A stretch of DNA of 64,000 nt from Auanema rhodensis (lineage: Eukaryota > Animalia > Nematoda), in the NCBI GenBank assembly GCA_964057225.1, contig OZ059898.1, forward strand, positions 20,274,001 to 20,338,000. Reading direction: 5' to 3'. The notes beneath the pieces are model-generated. The model was given only the letters and a program-made list of their open reading frames with translations, was not told the origin of the DNA and ran no database searches. Shown here piece by piece: positions 42,700-58,000 of the stretch. The position numbers and the translations under genes are program-made. Positions within the stretch are counted from its first letter, which is position 1. Every line of letters begins with the position of its first letter.

Positions 42700-45600
42700 A
42701 GTTCACGTAAATTTCAAACTCATGGTTACCATGCACCAATATCAATAAAAATTTGTTTTTAGACTAATATGGACATGGAGAATCTAATTTTGAAAACCGC
42801 ATCTCTTTATCTTTCACGTGAAGCGAGTTACATACCAAGTGCACATCACGTGTACTTTTAATTAGCATAAATTAAAGTTCACGTAAATTTCAAACTCATG
42901 GTTACCATGCACCAATATCAATAAAAATTTGTTTTTAGACTAATATGGACATGGGGAATCTAATTTTGAAAACCGCATCTCTTATCTTCCACGTGAAGCG
43001 AGTTACATACCAAGTGCACATCACGTGTACATTTAATTAGCATAAATTAAAGTTCACGTAAATTTCAAAGTCATGGTTACCATGCACCAATATCAATAAA
43101 ATTTTGTTTTTAGACTAATATGGACATGAGGAATCTAATTTTAAAAACCGCATCTCTTTATCTTTCACGTGAAGCGAGTTACATACCAAGTGCACATCAC
43201 GTGTACATTTAATTAGCATAAATTAAAGTTCACGTAAATTTCAAACTCATGGTTACCATGCACCAATATCAATAAAAATTTGTTTTTAGACTAATATGGA
43301 CATGAGGAATCTAATTTTGAAAACCGCATCTCTTTATCTTTCACGTGAAGCGAGTTACATACCAAGTGCACATCACGTGTACATTTAATTAGCATAAATT
43401 AAAGTTCACGTAAATTTCAAACTCATGGTTACCATGCACCAATATCAATAAAAATTTGTTTTTAGACTAATATGGACATGGAGAATCTATTTTTAAAAAC
43501 CGCATCTCTTTATCTTTCACGTGAAGCGAGTTACATACCAAGTGCACATCACGTGTACATTTAATTAGCATAAATTAAAGTTCACGTAAATTTCAAACTC
43601 ATGGTTACCATGCACCAATATCAATAAAAATTTGTTTTTAGACTAATATGGACATGGAGAATCTAATTTTGAAAACCGCATCTCTTTATCTTTCACGTGA
43701 AGCGAGTTACATACCAAGTGCACATCACGTGTACTTTTAATTAGCATAAATTAAAGTTCACGTAAATTTCAAACTCATGGTTACCATGCACCAATATCAA
43801 TAAAAATTTGTTTTTAGACTAATATGGACATGGGGAATCTAATTTTGAAAACCGCATCTCTTATCTTCCACGTGAAGCGAGTTACATACCAAGTGCACAT
43901 CACGTGTACATTTAATTAGCATAAATTAAAGTTCACGTAATTTTCAAAGTCATGGTTACCATGAACCAATATCAATGAATATTTGTTTTTAGACTAATAT
44001 GGACATGGGGAATCTAATTTTGAAAACCGCATCTATTTATCTTTCACGCGAAGCGAGTTACATACCAAGTGCACATCACGTGTACATTTAATTAGCATAA
44101 AGTAAAGTTCACGTAAATTTCAAACTCATGGTTACCATGCACCAATATCAATAAAAATTTGTTTTTAGACTAATATGGACATGGAGAATCTAATTTTGAA
44201 AACCGCATCTCTTTATCTTTCACGTGAAGCGAGTTACATACCAAGTGCACATCACGTGTACATTTAATTAGCATAAATTAAAGTTCACGTAAATTTCAAA
44301 CTCATGGTTACCATGCACCAATATCAATAAAAATTTGTTTTTAGACTAATATGGACATGGAGAATCTAATTTTGAAAACCGCATCTCTTTATCTTTCACG
44401 TGAAGCGAGTTACATACCAAGTGCACATCACGTGTACTTTTAATTAGCATAAATTAAAGTTCACGTAAATTTCAAACTCATGGTTACCATGCACCAATAT
44501 CAATAAAAATTTGTTTTTAGACTAATATGGACATGGGGAATCTAATTTTGAAAACCGCATCTCTTATCTTCCACGTGAAGCGAGTTACATACCAAGTGCA
44601 CATCACGTGTACATTTAATTAGCATAAATTAAAGTTCACGTAAATTTCAAAGTCATGGTTACCATGCACCAATATCAATAAAATTTTGTTTTTAGACTAA
44701 TATGGACATGAGGAATCTAATTTTAAAAACCGCATCTCTTTATCTTTCACGTGAAGCGAGTTACATACCAAGTGCACATCACGTGTACATTTAATTAGCA
44801 TAAATTAAAGTTCACGTAAATTTCAAACTCATGGTTACCATGCACCAATATCAATAAAAATTTGTTTTTAGACTAATATGGACATGAGGAATCTAATTTT
44901 GAAAACCGCATCTCTTTATCTTTCACGTGAAGCGAGTTACATACCAAGTGCACATCACGTGTACATTTAATTAGCATAAATTAAAGTTCACGTAAATTTC
45001 AAACTCATGGTTACCATGCACCAATATCAATAAAAATTTGTTTTTAGACTAATATGGACATGGAGAATCTATTTTTAAAAACCGCATCTCTTTATCTTTC
45101 ACGTGAAGCGAGTTACATACCAAGTGCACATCACGTGTACATTTAATTAGCATAAATTAAAGTTCACGTAAATTTCAAACTCATGGTTACCATGCACCAA
45201 TATCAATAAAAATTTGTTTTTAGACTAATATGGACATGGAGAATCTAATTTTGAAAACCGCATCTCTTTATCTTTCACGTGAAGCGAGTTACATACCAAG
45301 TGCACATCACGTGTACTTTTAATTAGCATAAATTAAAGTTCACGTAAATTTCAAACTCATGGTTACCATGCACCAATATCAATAAAAATTTGTTTTTAGA
45401 CTAATATGGACATGGGGAATCTAATTTTGAAAACCGCATCTCTTATCTTCCACGTGAAGCGAGTTACATACCAAGTGCACATCACGTGTACATTTAATTA
45501 GCATAAATTAAAGTTCACGTAATTTTCAAAGTCATGGTTACCATGAACCAATATCAATGAATATTTGTTTTTAGACTAATATGGACATGGGGAATCTAAT

Positions 45601-45900
45601 TTTGAAAACCGCATCTATTTATCTTTCACGCGAAGCGAGTTACATACCAAGTGCACATCACGTGTACATTTAATTAGCATAAAGTAAAGTTCACGTAAAT
45701 TTCAAACTCATGGTTACCATGCACCAATATCAATAAAAATTTGTTTTTAGACTAATATGGACATGGAGAATCTAATTTTGAAAACCGCATCTCTTTATCT
45801 TTCACGTGAAGCGAGTTACATACCAAGTGCACATCACGTGTACATTTAATTAGCATAAATTAAAGTTCACGTAAATTTCAAACTCATGGTTACCATGCAC
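42700..45900 (-). repeat. 9-monomer (1582-bp) tandem duplication
   Basis: GTACTTTT marker at 42856/44438 and 43735/45317. Offset 1582 = 9x176 - 2, explained by two CTCTTATCTTCC deletion monomers per unit. Confidence 0.88.
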
Positions 45901-48900
45901 CAATATCAATAAAAATTTGTTTTTAGACTAATATGGACATGGGGAATCTAATTTTGAAAACCGCATCTCTTTATCTTCCACGTGAAGCGAGTTACATACC
46001 AAGTGCACATCAAGTGTACATTTAATTAGCATAAATTAAACTTCACGTAATTTTCAAAGTCATGGTTACCATGAACCAATATCAATGAATATTTGTTTTT
46101 AGACTAATATGGACATGGGGAATCTAATTTTGAAAACCGCATCTATTTATCTTTCACGCGAAGCGAGTTACATACCAAGTGCACATCACGTGTACATTTA
46201 ATTAGCATAAAGTAAAGTTCACGTAAATTTCAAACTCATGGTTACCATGCACCAATATCAATAAAATTTTGTTTTTAGACTAATATGGACATGGGGAATC
46301 TAATTTTGAAAACCGCATCTCTTTATCTTTTACGTGAAGCGAGTTACAAACCAAGTGCACATCACGTGTACATTTAATTAGCATAAATTAAAGTTCACGT
46401 AAATTTCAAACTCATGGTTACCATGCACCAATATCAATAAAATTTTGTTTTTAGACTAATATGGACATGGGGAATCTAATTTTGAAAACCGCATCTCTTT
46501 ATCTTTTACGTGAAGCGAGTTACATACCAAGTGCACATCACGTGTACATTTAATTAGCATAAATTAAAGTTCACGTAAATTTCAAACTCATGGTTACCAT
46601 GCACCAATATCAATAAAAATTTGTTTTTAGACTAATATGGACATGGAGAATCTAATTTTAAAAACCGCATCTCTTTATCTTTCACGTGAAGCGAGTTACA
46701 TACCAAGTGCACATCACGTGTACATTTAATTAGCATAAATTAAAGTTCACGTAAATTTCAAAGTCATGGTTACCATGCACCAATATCAATAAAATTTTGT
46801 TTTTAGACTAATATGGACATGGGGAATCTAATTTTGAAAACCGCATCTTTTTATCTTTCACGTGAAGCGAGTTACATACCAAGTGCAGATCACGTGTACA
46901 TTTAATTAGCATAAATTAAAGTTCACGTAAATTTCAAACTCATGGTTACCATGCACCAATATCAATAAAAATTTGTTTTTAGACTAATATGGACATGGAG
47001 AATCTAATTTTGAAAACCGCATCTCTTTATCTTTCACGTGAAGCGAGTTACAAACCAAGTGCACATCACGTGTACATTTAATTAGCATAAATTAAAGTTC
47101 ACGTAAATTTCAAACTCATGGTTACCATGCACCAATATCAATAAAAATTTGTTTTTAGACTAATATGGACATGGAGAATCTAATTTTGAAAACCGCATCT
47201 CTTTATCTTTCACGTGAAGCGAGTTACATACCAAGTGCACATCACGTGTACATTTAATTAGCATAAATTAAAGTTCACGTAAATTTCAAAGTCATGGTTA
47301 CCATGCACCAATATCAATAAAATTTTGTTTTTAGACTAATATGGACATGGGGAATCTAATTTTGAAAACCGCATCTCTTTATCTTTCACGTGAAGCGAGT
47401 TACATACCAAGTGCACATCACGTGTACATTTAATTAGCATAAATTAAAGTTCACGTAAATTTCAAAGTCATGGTTACCATGCACCAATATCAATAAAATT
47501 TTGTTTTTAGACTAATATGGACATGGGGAATCTAATTTTGAAAACCGCATCTCTTTATCTTTCACGTGAAGCGAGTTACATACCAAGTGCACATCACGTG
47601 TACATTTAATTAGCATAAATTAAAGTTCACGTAAATTTCAAACTCATGGTTACCATGCACCAATATCAATAAAAATTTGTTTTTAGACTAATATGGACAT
47701 GGAGAATCTAATTTTAAAAACCGCATCTCTTTATCTTTCACGTGAAGCGAGTTACATACCAAGTGCACATCACGTGTACATTTAATCAGCATAAATTAAA
47801 GTTCACGTAAATTTCAAAGTCATGGTTACCATGCACCAATATCAATAAAATTTTGTTTTTAGACTAATATGGACATGGGGAATCTAATTTTGAAAACCGC
47901 ATCTCTTTATCTTTCACGTGAAGCGAGTTACATACCAAGTGCAGATCACGTGTACATTTAATTAGCATAAATTAAAGTTCACGTAAATTTCAAACTCATG
48001 GTTACCATGCACCAATATCAATAAAAATTTGTTTTTAGACTAATATGGACATGGAGAATCTAATTTTGAAAACCGCATCTCTTTATCTTTCACGTGAAGC
48101 GAGTTACAAACCAAGTGCACATCACGTGTACATTTAATTAGCATAAATTAAAGTTCACGTAAATTTCAAACTCATGGTTACCATGCACCAATATCAATAA
48201 AAATTTGTTTTTAGACTAATATGGACATGGAGAATCTAATTTTGAAAACTGCATCTCTTTATCTTTCACGTGAAGCGAGTTACATACCAAGTGCACATCA
48301 CGTGTACATTTAATTAGCATAAATTAAAGTTCACGTAAATTTCAAAGTCATGGTTACCATGCACCAATATCAATAAAATTTTGTTTTTAGACTAATATGG
48401 ACATGGGGAATCTAATTTTGAAAACCGCATCTCTTTATCTTTCACGTGAAGCGAGTTACATACCAAGTGCACATCACGTGTACATTTAATTAGCATAAAT
48501 TAAAGTTCACGTAAATTTCAAACTCATGGTTACCATGCACCAATATCAATAAAAATTTGTTTTTAGACTAATATGGACATGGAGAATCTAATTTTAAAAA
48601 CCGCATCTCTTTATCTTTCACGTGAAGCGAGTTACATACCAAGTGCACATCACGTGTACATTTAATTAGCATAAATTAAAGTTCACGTAAATTTCAATGT
48701 CATGGTTACCATGCACCAATATCAATAAAATTTTGTTTTTAGACTAATATGGACATGGGGAATCTAATTTTGAAAACCGCATCTCTTTATCTTTTACGTG
48801 AAGCGAGTTACATACCAAGTGCACATCACGTGTACATTTAATTAGCATAAATTAAAGTTCACGTAAATTTCAAACTCATGGTTACCATGCACCAATATCA

Positions 48901-49049
48901 ATAAAAATTTGTTTTTAGACTAATATGGACATGGAGAATCTAATTTTGAAAACCGCATCTCTTTATCTTTCACGTGAAGCGAGTTACATACCAAGTGCAC
49001 ATCACGTGTACATTTAATTAGCATAAATTAAAGTTCACGTAAATTTCAA

Positions 49050-52000
49050 ACTCATGGTTACCATGCACCAATATCAATAAAAATTTGTTTTTAGACTAAT
49101 ATGGACATGGAGAATCCATTTTTAAAAACCGCATCTCTTATCTTCCACGTGAAGCGAGTTACATACCAAGTGCACATCACGTGTACATTTAATTAGCATA
49201 AATTAAAGTTCACGTAATTTTCAAAGTCATGGTTACCATGAACCAATATCAATGAATATTTGTTTTTAGACTAATATGGACATGGGGAATCTAATTTTGA
49301 AAACCGCATCTATTTATCTTTCACGCGAAGCGAGTTACATACCAAGTGCACATCACGTGTACATTTAATTAGCATAAAGTAAAGTTCACGTAAATTTCAA
49401 ACTCATGGTTACCATGCACCAATATCAATAAAAATTTGTTTTTAGACTAATATGGACATGGGGAATCTAATTTTGAAAAACGCATCTCTTTATCTTTCAC
49501 GTGAAGCGAGTTACATACCAAGTGCACATCACGTGTACATTTAATTAGCATAAATTAAAGTTCACGTAAATTTCAAAGTCATGGTTACCATGCACCAATA
49601 TCAATAAAATTTTGTTTTTAGACTAATATGGTCATGGGGAATCTAATTTTGAAAACCGCATCTCTTTATCTTTCACGTGAAGCGAGTTACATACCAAGTG
49701 CACATCACGTGTACATTTAATTAGCATAAATTAAAGTTCACGTAAATTTCAAACTCATGGTTACCATGCACCAATATCAATAAAATTTTGTTTTTAGACT
49801 AATATGGACATGGGGAATCTAATTTTGAAAACCGCATCTCTTTATCTTTCACGTGAAGCGAGTCACATACCAAGTGCACATCACGTGTACATTTAATTAG
49901 CATAAATTAAAGTTCACGTAAATTTCAAAGTCATGGTTACCATGCACCAATATCAATAAAAATTTGTTTTTAGACTAATATGGACATGGAGAATCCATTT
50001 TTAAAAACCGCATCTCTTTATCTTCCACGTGAAGCGAGTTACATACCAAGTGCACATCACGTGTACATTTAATTAGCATAAATTAAAGTTCACGTAAATT
50101 TCAAACTCATGGTTACCATGCACCAATATCAATAAAAATTTGTTTTCAAACTAATATGGACATGGGGATTCTAATTTTGAAAACCGCATCTCTTTATCTT
50201 TCACGTGAAGCGAGTTACATACCAAGTGCACATCACGTGTACATTTAATTAGCATAAATTAAAGTTCACGTAAAATTCAAAGTCATGGTTACCATGCACC
50301 AATATCAATAAAATTTTGTTTTTAGACTAATATGGACATGGGGAATCTAATTTTGAAAACCGCATCTTTTTATCTTTCACGTGAAGCGAGTTACATACCA
50401 AGTGCACATCACGTGTACATTTAATTAGCATAAATTAAAGTTCACGTAAATTTCAAAGTCATGGTTACCATGCACCAATATCAATAAAATTTTGTTTTTA
50501 GACTAATATGGACATGGGGAATCTAATTTTGAAAACCGCATCTCTTTATCTTTCACGTGAAGCGAGTTACATACCAAGTGCACATCACGTGTACATTTAA
50601 TTAGCATAAATTAAAGTTCACGTAAATTTCGAACTCATGGTTACCATGCACCAATATCAATAAAAATTTGTTTTATACTAATATGGACATGGAGAATCTA
50701 ATTTTAAAAACCGCATCTCTTTATCTTTCACGTGAAGCGAGTTACATACCAAGTGCACATCACGTGTACATTTAATTAGCATAAATTAATGTTCACGTAA
50801 ATTTCAAAGTCATGGTTACCATGCACCAATATCAATAAAATTTTGTTTTTAGACTAATATGGACATGGGGAATCTAATTTTGAAAACTGCATCTCTTTAT
50901 CTTTCACGTGAAGCGAGTTACATACCAAGTGCAGATCACGTGTACATTTAATTAGCATAAATTAAAGTTCACGTAAATTTGAAACTCATGGTTACCATGC
51001 ACCAATATCAATAAAAATTTGTTTTTATACTAATATGGACATGGAGAATCTAATTTTGAAAACCGCATCTCTTTATCTTTCACGTGAAGCGAGTTACAAA
51101 CCAAGTGCACATCACGTGTACATTTAATTAGCATAAATTAAAGTTCACGTAAATTTCAAACTCATGGTTACCATGCACCAATATCAATAAAAATTTGTTT
51201 TTAGACTAATATGGACATGGAGAATCTAATTTTGAAAACCGCATCTCTTTATCTTTCACGTGAAGCGAGTTACATACCAAGTGCACATCACGTGTACATT
51301 TAATTAGCATAAATTAAAGTTCACGTAAATTTCAAACTCATGGTTACCATGCACCAATATCAATAAAAATTTGTTTTTAGACTAATATGGACATGGGGAA
51401 TCTAATTTTGAAAACCGCATCTCTTTATCTTTCACGTGAAGCGAGTTACATACCAAGTGCACATCACGTGTACATTTAATTAGCATAAATTAAAGTTCAC
51501 GTAAATTTCAAACTCATGGTTACCATGCACCAATATCAATAAAAATTTGTTTTTAGACTAATATGGACATGGAGAATCTAATTTTAAAAACCGCATCTCT
51601 TTATCTTTCACGTGAAGCGAGTTACATACCAAGTGCACATCACGTGTACATTTAATTAGCATAAATTAAAGTTCACGTAAATTTCAAAGTCATGGTTACC
51701 ATGCACCAATATCAATAAAATTTTGTTTTTAGACTAATATGGACATGGGGAATCTAATTTTGAAAACCCCATCTCTTTATCTTTCACGTGAAGCGAGTTA
51801 CATACCAAGTGCACATCACGTGTACATTTAATTAGCATAAATTAAAGTTCACGTAAATTTCAAACTCATGGTTACCATGCACCAATATCAATAAAAATTT
51901 GTTTTTAGACTAATATGGACATGGAGAATCTAATTTTGAAAACCGCATCTCTTTATCTTTCACGTGAAGCGAGTTACATACCAAGTGCACATCACGTGTA

Positions 52001-55000
52001 CATTTAATTAGCATAAATTAAAGTTCACGTAAATTTCAAACTCATGGTTACCATGCACCAATATCAATAAAAATTTGTTTTTAGACTAATATGGACATGG
52101 AGAATCCATTTTTAAAAACCGCATCTCTTATCTTCCACGTGAAGCGAGTTACATACCAAGTGCACATCACGTGTACATTTAATTAGCATAAATTAAAGTT
52201 CACGTAATTTTTAAAGTCATGGTTACCATGAACCAATATCAATGAATATTTGTTTTTAGACTAATATGGACATGGGGAATCTAATTTTGAAAACCGCATC
52301 TATTTATCTTTCACGCGAAGCGAGTTACATACCAAGTGCACATCACGTGTACATTTAATTAGCATAAAGTAAAGTTCACGTAAATTTCAAACTCATGGTT
52401 ACCATGCACCAATATCAATAAAAATTTGTTTTTAGACTAATATGGACATGGGGAATCTAATTTTGAAAAACGCATCTCTTTATCTTTCAAGTGAAGCGAG
52501 TTACATACCAAGTGCACATCACGTGTACATTTAATTAGCATAAATTAAAGTTCACGTAAATTTCAAAGTCATGGTTACCATGCACCAATATCAATAAAAT
52601 TTTGTTTTTAGACTAATATGGTCATGGGGAATCTAATTTTGAAAACCGCATCTCTTTATCTTTCACGTGAAGCGAGTTACATACCAAGTGCACATCACGT
52701 GTACATTTAATTAGCATAAATTAAAGTTCACGTAAATTTCAAACTCATGGTTACCATGCACCAATATCAATAAAAATTTGTTTTTAGACTAATATGGACA
52801 TGGAGAATCCATTTTTAAAAACCGCATCTCTTTATCTTCCACGTGAAGCGAGTTACATACCAAGTGCACATCACGTGTACATTTAATTAGCATAAATTAA
52901 AGTTCACGTAAATTTCAAACTCATGGTTACCATGCACCAATATCAATAAAAATTTGTTTTCAAACTAATATGGACATGGGGATTCTAATTTTGAAAACCG
53001 CATCTCTTTATCTTTCACGTGAAGCGAGTTACATACCAAGTGCACATCACGTGTACATTTAATTAGCATAAATTAAAGTTCACGTAAAATTCAAAGTCAT
53101 GGTTACCATGCACCAATATCAATAAAATTTTGTTTTTAGACTAATATGGACATGGGGAATCTAATTTTGAAAACCGCATCTTTTTATCTTTCACGTGAAG
53201 CGAGTTACATACCAAGTGCACATCACGTGTACATTTAATTAGCATAAATTAAAGTTCACGTAAATTTCAAAGTCATGGTTACCATGCACCAATATCAATA
53301 AAATTTTGTTTTTAGACTAATATGGACATGGGGAATCTAATTTTGAAAACCGCATCTCTTTATCTTTCACGTGAAGCGAGTTACATACCAAGTGCACATC
53401 ACGTGTACATTTAATTAGCATAAATTAAAGTTCACGTAAATTTCAAACTCATGGTTACCATGCACCAATATCAATAAAAATTTGTTTTTAGACTAATATG
53501 GACATGGAGAATCTAATTTTAAAAACCGCATCTCTTTATCTTTCACGTGAAGCGAGTTACATACCAAGTGCACATCACGTGTACATTTAATTAGCATAAA
53601 TTAAAGTTCACGTAAATTTCAAACTCATGGTTACCATGCACCAATATCAATAAAAATTTGTTTTTAGACTAATATGGACATGGAGAATCTATTTTTAAAA
53701 ACCGCATCTCTTTATCTTTCACGTGAAGCGAGTTACATACCAAGTGCACATCACGTGTACATTTAATTAGCATAAATTAAAGTTCACGTAAATTTCAAAC
53801 TCATGGTTACCATGCACCAATATCAATAAAAATTTGTTTTTAGACTAATATGGACATGGGGAATCTAATTTTGAAAACCGCATCTCTTATCTTCCACGTG
53901 AAGCGAGTTACATACCAAGTGCACATCACGTGTACATTTAATTAGCATAAATTAAAGTTCACGTAATTTTCAAAGTCATGGTTACCATGAACCAATATCA
54001 ATGAATATTTGTTTTTAGACTAATATGGACATGGGGAATCTAATTTTGAAAACCGCATCTCTTTATTTTTCACGTGAAGCGAGTTACATACCAAGTGCAC
54101 ATCACGTGTACATTTAATTAGCATAAATTAAAGTTCACGTAAATTTCAAACTCATGGTTACCATGCACCAATATCAATAAAAATTTGTTTTTAGACTAAT
54201 ATGGACATGGAGAATCCATTTTTAAAAACCGCATCTCTTTATCTTCCACGTGAAGCGAGTTACATACCAAGTGCACATCACGTGTACATTTAATTAGCAT
54301 AAATTAAAGTTCACGTAAATTTCAAACTCATGGTTACCATGCACCAATATCAATAAAAATTTGTTTTCAAACTAATATGGACATGGGGATTCTAATTTTG
54401 AAAACCGCATCTCTTTATCTTTCACGTGAAGCGAGTTACATACCAAGTGCACATCACGTGTACATTTAATTAGCATAAATTAATGTTCACGTAAATTTCA
54501 AAGTCATGGTTACCATGCACCAATATCAATAAAATTTTGTTTTTAGACTAATATGGACATGGGGAATCTAATTTTGAAAACTGCATCTCTTTATCTTTCA
54601 CGTGAAGCGAGTTACATACCAAGTGCAGATCACCTGTACATTTAATTAGCATAAATTAAAGTTCACGTAAATTTGAAACTCATGGTTACCATGCACCAAT
54701 ATCAATAAAAATTTGTTTTTAGACTAATATGGACATGGAGAATCTAATTTTGAAAACCGCATCTCTTTATCTTTCACGTGAAGCGAGTTACAAACCAAGT
54801 GCACATCACGTGTACATTTAATTAGCATAAATTAAAGTTCACGTAAATTTCAAACTCATGGTTACCATGCACCAATATCAATAAAAATTTGTTTTTAGAC
54901 TAATATGGACATGGAGAATCTAATTTTGAAAACCGCATCTCTTTATCTTTCACGTGAAGCGAGTTACATACCAAGTGCACATCACGTGTACATTTAATTA

Positions 55001-58000
55001 GCATAAATTAAAGTTCACGTAAATTTCAAACTCATGGTTACCATGCACCAATATCAATAAAAATTTGTTTTTAGACTAATATGGACATGGGGAATCTAAT
55101 TTTGAAAACCGCATCTCTTTATCTTTCACGTGAAGCGAGTTACATACCAAGTGCACATCACGTGTACATTTAATTAGCATAAATTAAAGTTCACGTAAAT
55201 TTCAAACTCATGGTTACCATGCACCAATATCAATAAAAATTTGTTTTTAGACTAATATGGACATGGAGAATCTAATTTTAAAAACCGCATCTCTTTATCT
55301 TTCACGTGAAGCGAGTTACATACCAAGTGCACATCACGTGTACATTTAATTAGCATAAATTAAAGTTCACGTAAATTTCAAAGTCATGGTTACCATGCAC
55401 CAATATCAATAAAATTTTGTTTTTAGACTAATATGGACATGGGGAATCTAATTTTGAAAACCGCATCTCTTTATCTTTCACGTGAAGCGAGTTACATACC
55501 AAGTGCACATCACGTGTACATTTAATTAGCATAAATTAAAGTTCACGTAAATTTCAAACTCATGGTTACCATGCACCAATATCAATAAAAATTTGTTTTT
55601 AGACTAATATGGACATGGAGAATCTAATTTTGAAAACCGCATCTCTTTATCTTTCACGTGAAGCGAGTTACATACCAAGTGCACATCACGTGTACATTTA
55701 ATTAGCATAAATTAAAGTTCACGTAAATTTCAAACTCATGGTTACCATGCACCAATATCAATAAAAATTTGTTTTTAGACTAATATGGACATGGAGAATC
55801 CATTTTTAAAAACCGCATCTCTTATCTTCCACGTGAAGCGAGTTACATACCAAGTGCACATCACGTGTACATTTAATTAGCATAAATTAAAGTTCACGTA
55901 ATTTTTAAAGTCATGGTTACCATGAACCAATATCAATGAATATTTGTTTTTAGACTAATATGGACATGGGGAATCTAATTTTGAAAACCGCATCTATTTA
56001 TCTTTCACGCGAAGCGAGTTACATACCAAGTGCACATCACGTGTACATTTAATTAGCATAAAGTAAAGTTCACGTAAATTTCAAACTCATGGTTACCATG
56101 CACCAATATCAATAAAAATTTGTTTTTAGACTAATATGGACATGGGGAATCTAATTTTGAAAAACGCATCTCTTTATCTTTCAAGTGAAGCGAGTTACAT
56201 ACCAAGTGCACATCACGTGTACATTTAATTAGCATAAATTAAAGTTCACGTAAATTTCAAAGTCATGGTTACCATGCACCAATATCAATAAAATTTTGTT
56301 TTTAGACTAATATGGTCATGGGGAATCTAATTTTGAAAACCGCATCTCTTTATCTTTCACGTGAAGCGAGTTACATACCAAGTGCACATCACGTGTACAT
56401 TTAATTAGCATAAATTAAAGTTCACGTAAATTTCAAACTCATGGTTACCATGCACCAATATCAATAAAAATTTGTTTTTAGACTAATATGGACATGGAGA
56501 ATCCATTTTTAAAAACCGCATCTCTTTATCTTCCACGTGAAGCGAGTTACATACCAAGTGCACATCACGTGTACATTTAATTAGCATAAATTAAAGTTCA
56601 CGTAAATTTCAAACTCATGGTTACCATGCACCAATATCAATAAAAATTTGTTTTCAAACTAATATGGACATGGGGATTCTAATTTTGAAAACCGCATCTC
56701 TTTATCTTTCACGTGAAGCGAGTTACATACCAAGTGCACATCACGTGTACATTTAATTAGCATAAATTAAAGTTCACGTAAAATTCAAAGTCATGGTTAC
56801 CATGCACCAATATCAATAAAATTTTGTTTTTAGACTAATATGGACATGGGGAATCTAATTTTGAAAACCGCATCTTTTTATCTTTCACGTGAAGCGAGTT
56901 ACATACCAAGTGCACATCACGTGTACATTTAATTAGCATAAATTAAAGTTCACGTAAATTTCAAAGTCATGGTTACCATGCACCAATATCAATAAAATTT
57001 TGTTTTTAGACTAATATGGACATGGGGAATCTAATTTTGAAAACCGCATCTCTTTATCTTTCACGTGAAGCGAGTTACATACCAAGTGCACATCACGTGT
57101 ACATTTAATTAGCATAAATTAAAGTTCACGTAAATTTCAAACTCATGGTTACCATGCACCAATATCAATAAAAATTTGTTTTTAGACTAATATGGACATG
57201 GAGAATCTAATTTTAAAAACCGCATCTCTTTATCTTTCACGTGAAGCGAGTTACATACCAAGTGCACATCACGTGTACATTTAATTAGCATAAATTAAAG
57301 TTCACGTAAATTTCAAACTCATGGTTACCATGCACCAATATCAATAAAAATTTGTTTTTAGACTAATATGGACATGGAGAATCTATTTTTAAAAACCGCA
57401 TCTCTTTATCTTTCACGTGAAGCGAGTTACATACCAAGTGCACATCACGTGTACATTTAATTAGCATAAATTAAAGTTCACGTAAATTTCAAACTCATGG
57501 TTACCATGCACCAATATCAATAAAAATTTGTTTTTAGACTAATATGGACATGGGGAATCTAATTTTGAAAACCGCATCTCTTATCTTCCACGTGAAGCGA
57601 GTTACATACCAAGTGCACATCACGTGTACATTTAATTAGCATAAATTAAAGTTCACGTAATTTTCAAAGTCATGGTTACCATGAACCAATATCAATGAAT
57701 ATTTGTTTTTAGACTAATATGGACATGGGGAATCTAATTTTGAAAACCGCATCTCTTTATTTTTCACGTGAAGCGAGTTACATACCAAGTGCACATCACG
57801 TGTACATTTAATTAGCATAAATTAAAGTTCACGTAAATTTCAAAGTCATGGTTACCATGCACCAATATCAATAAAAATTTGTTTTTAGACTAATATGGAC
57901 ATGGAGAATCCATTTTTAAAAACCGCATCTCTTTATCTTCCACGTGAAGCGAGTTACATACCAAGTGCACATCACGTGTACATTTAATTAGCATAAATTA

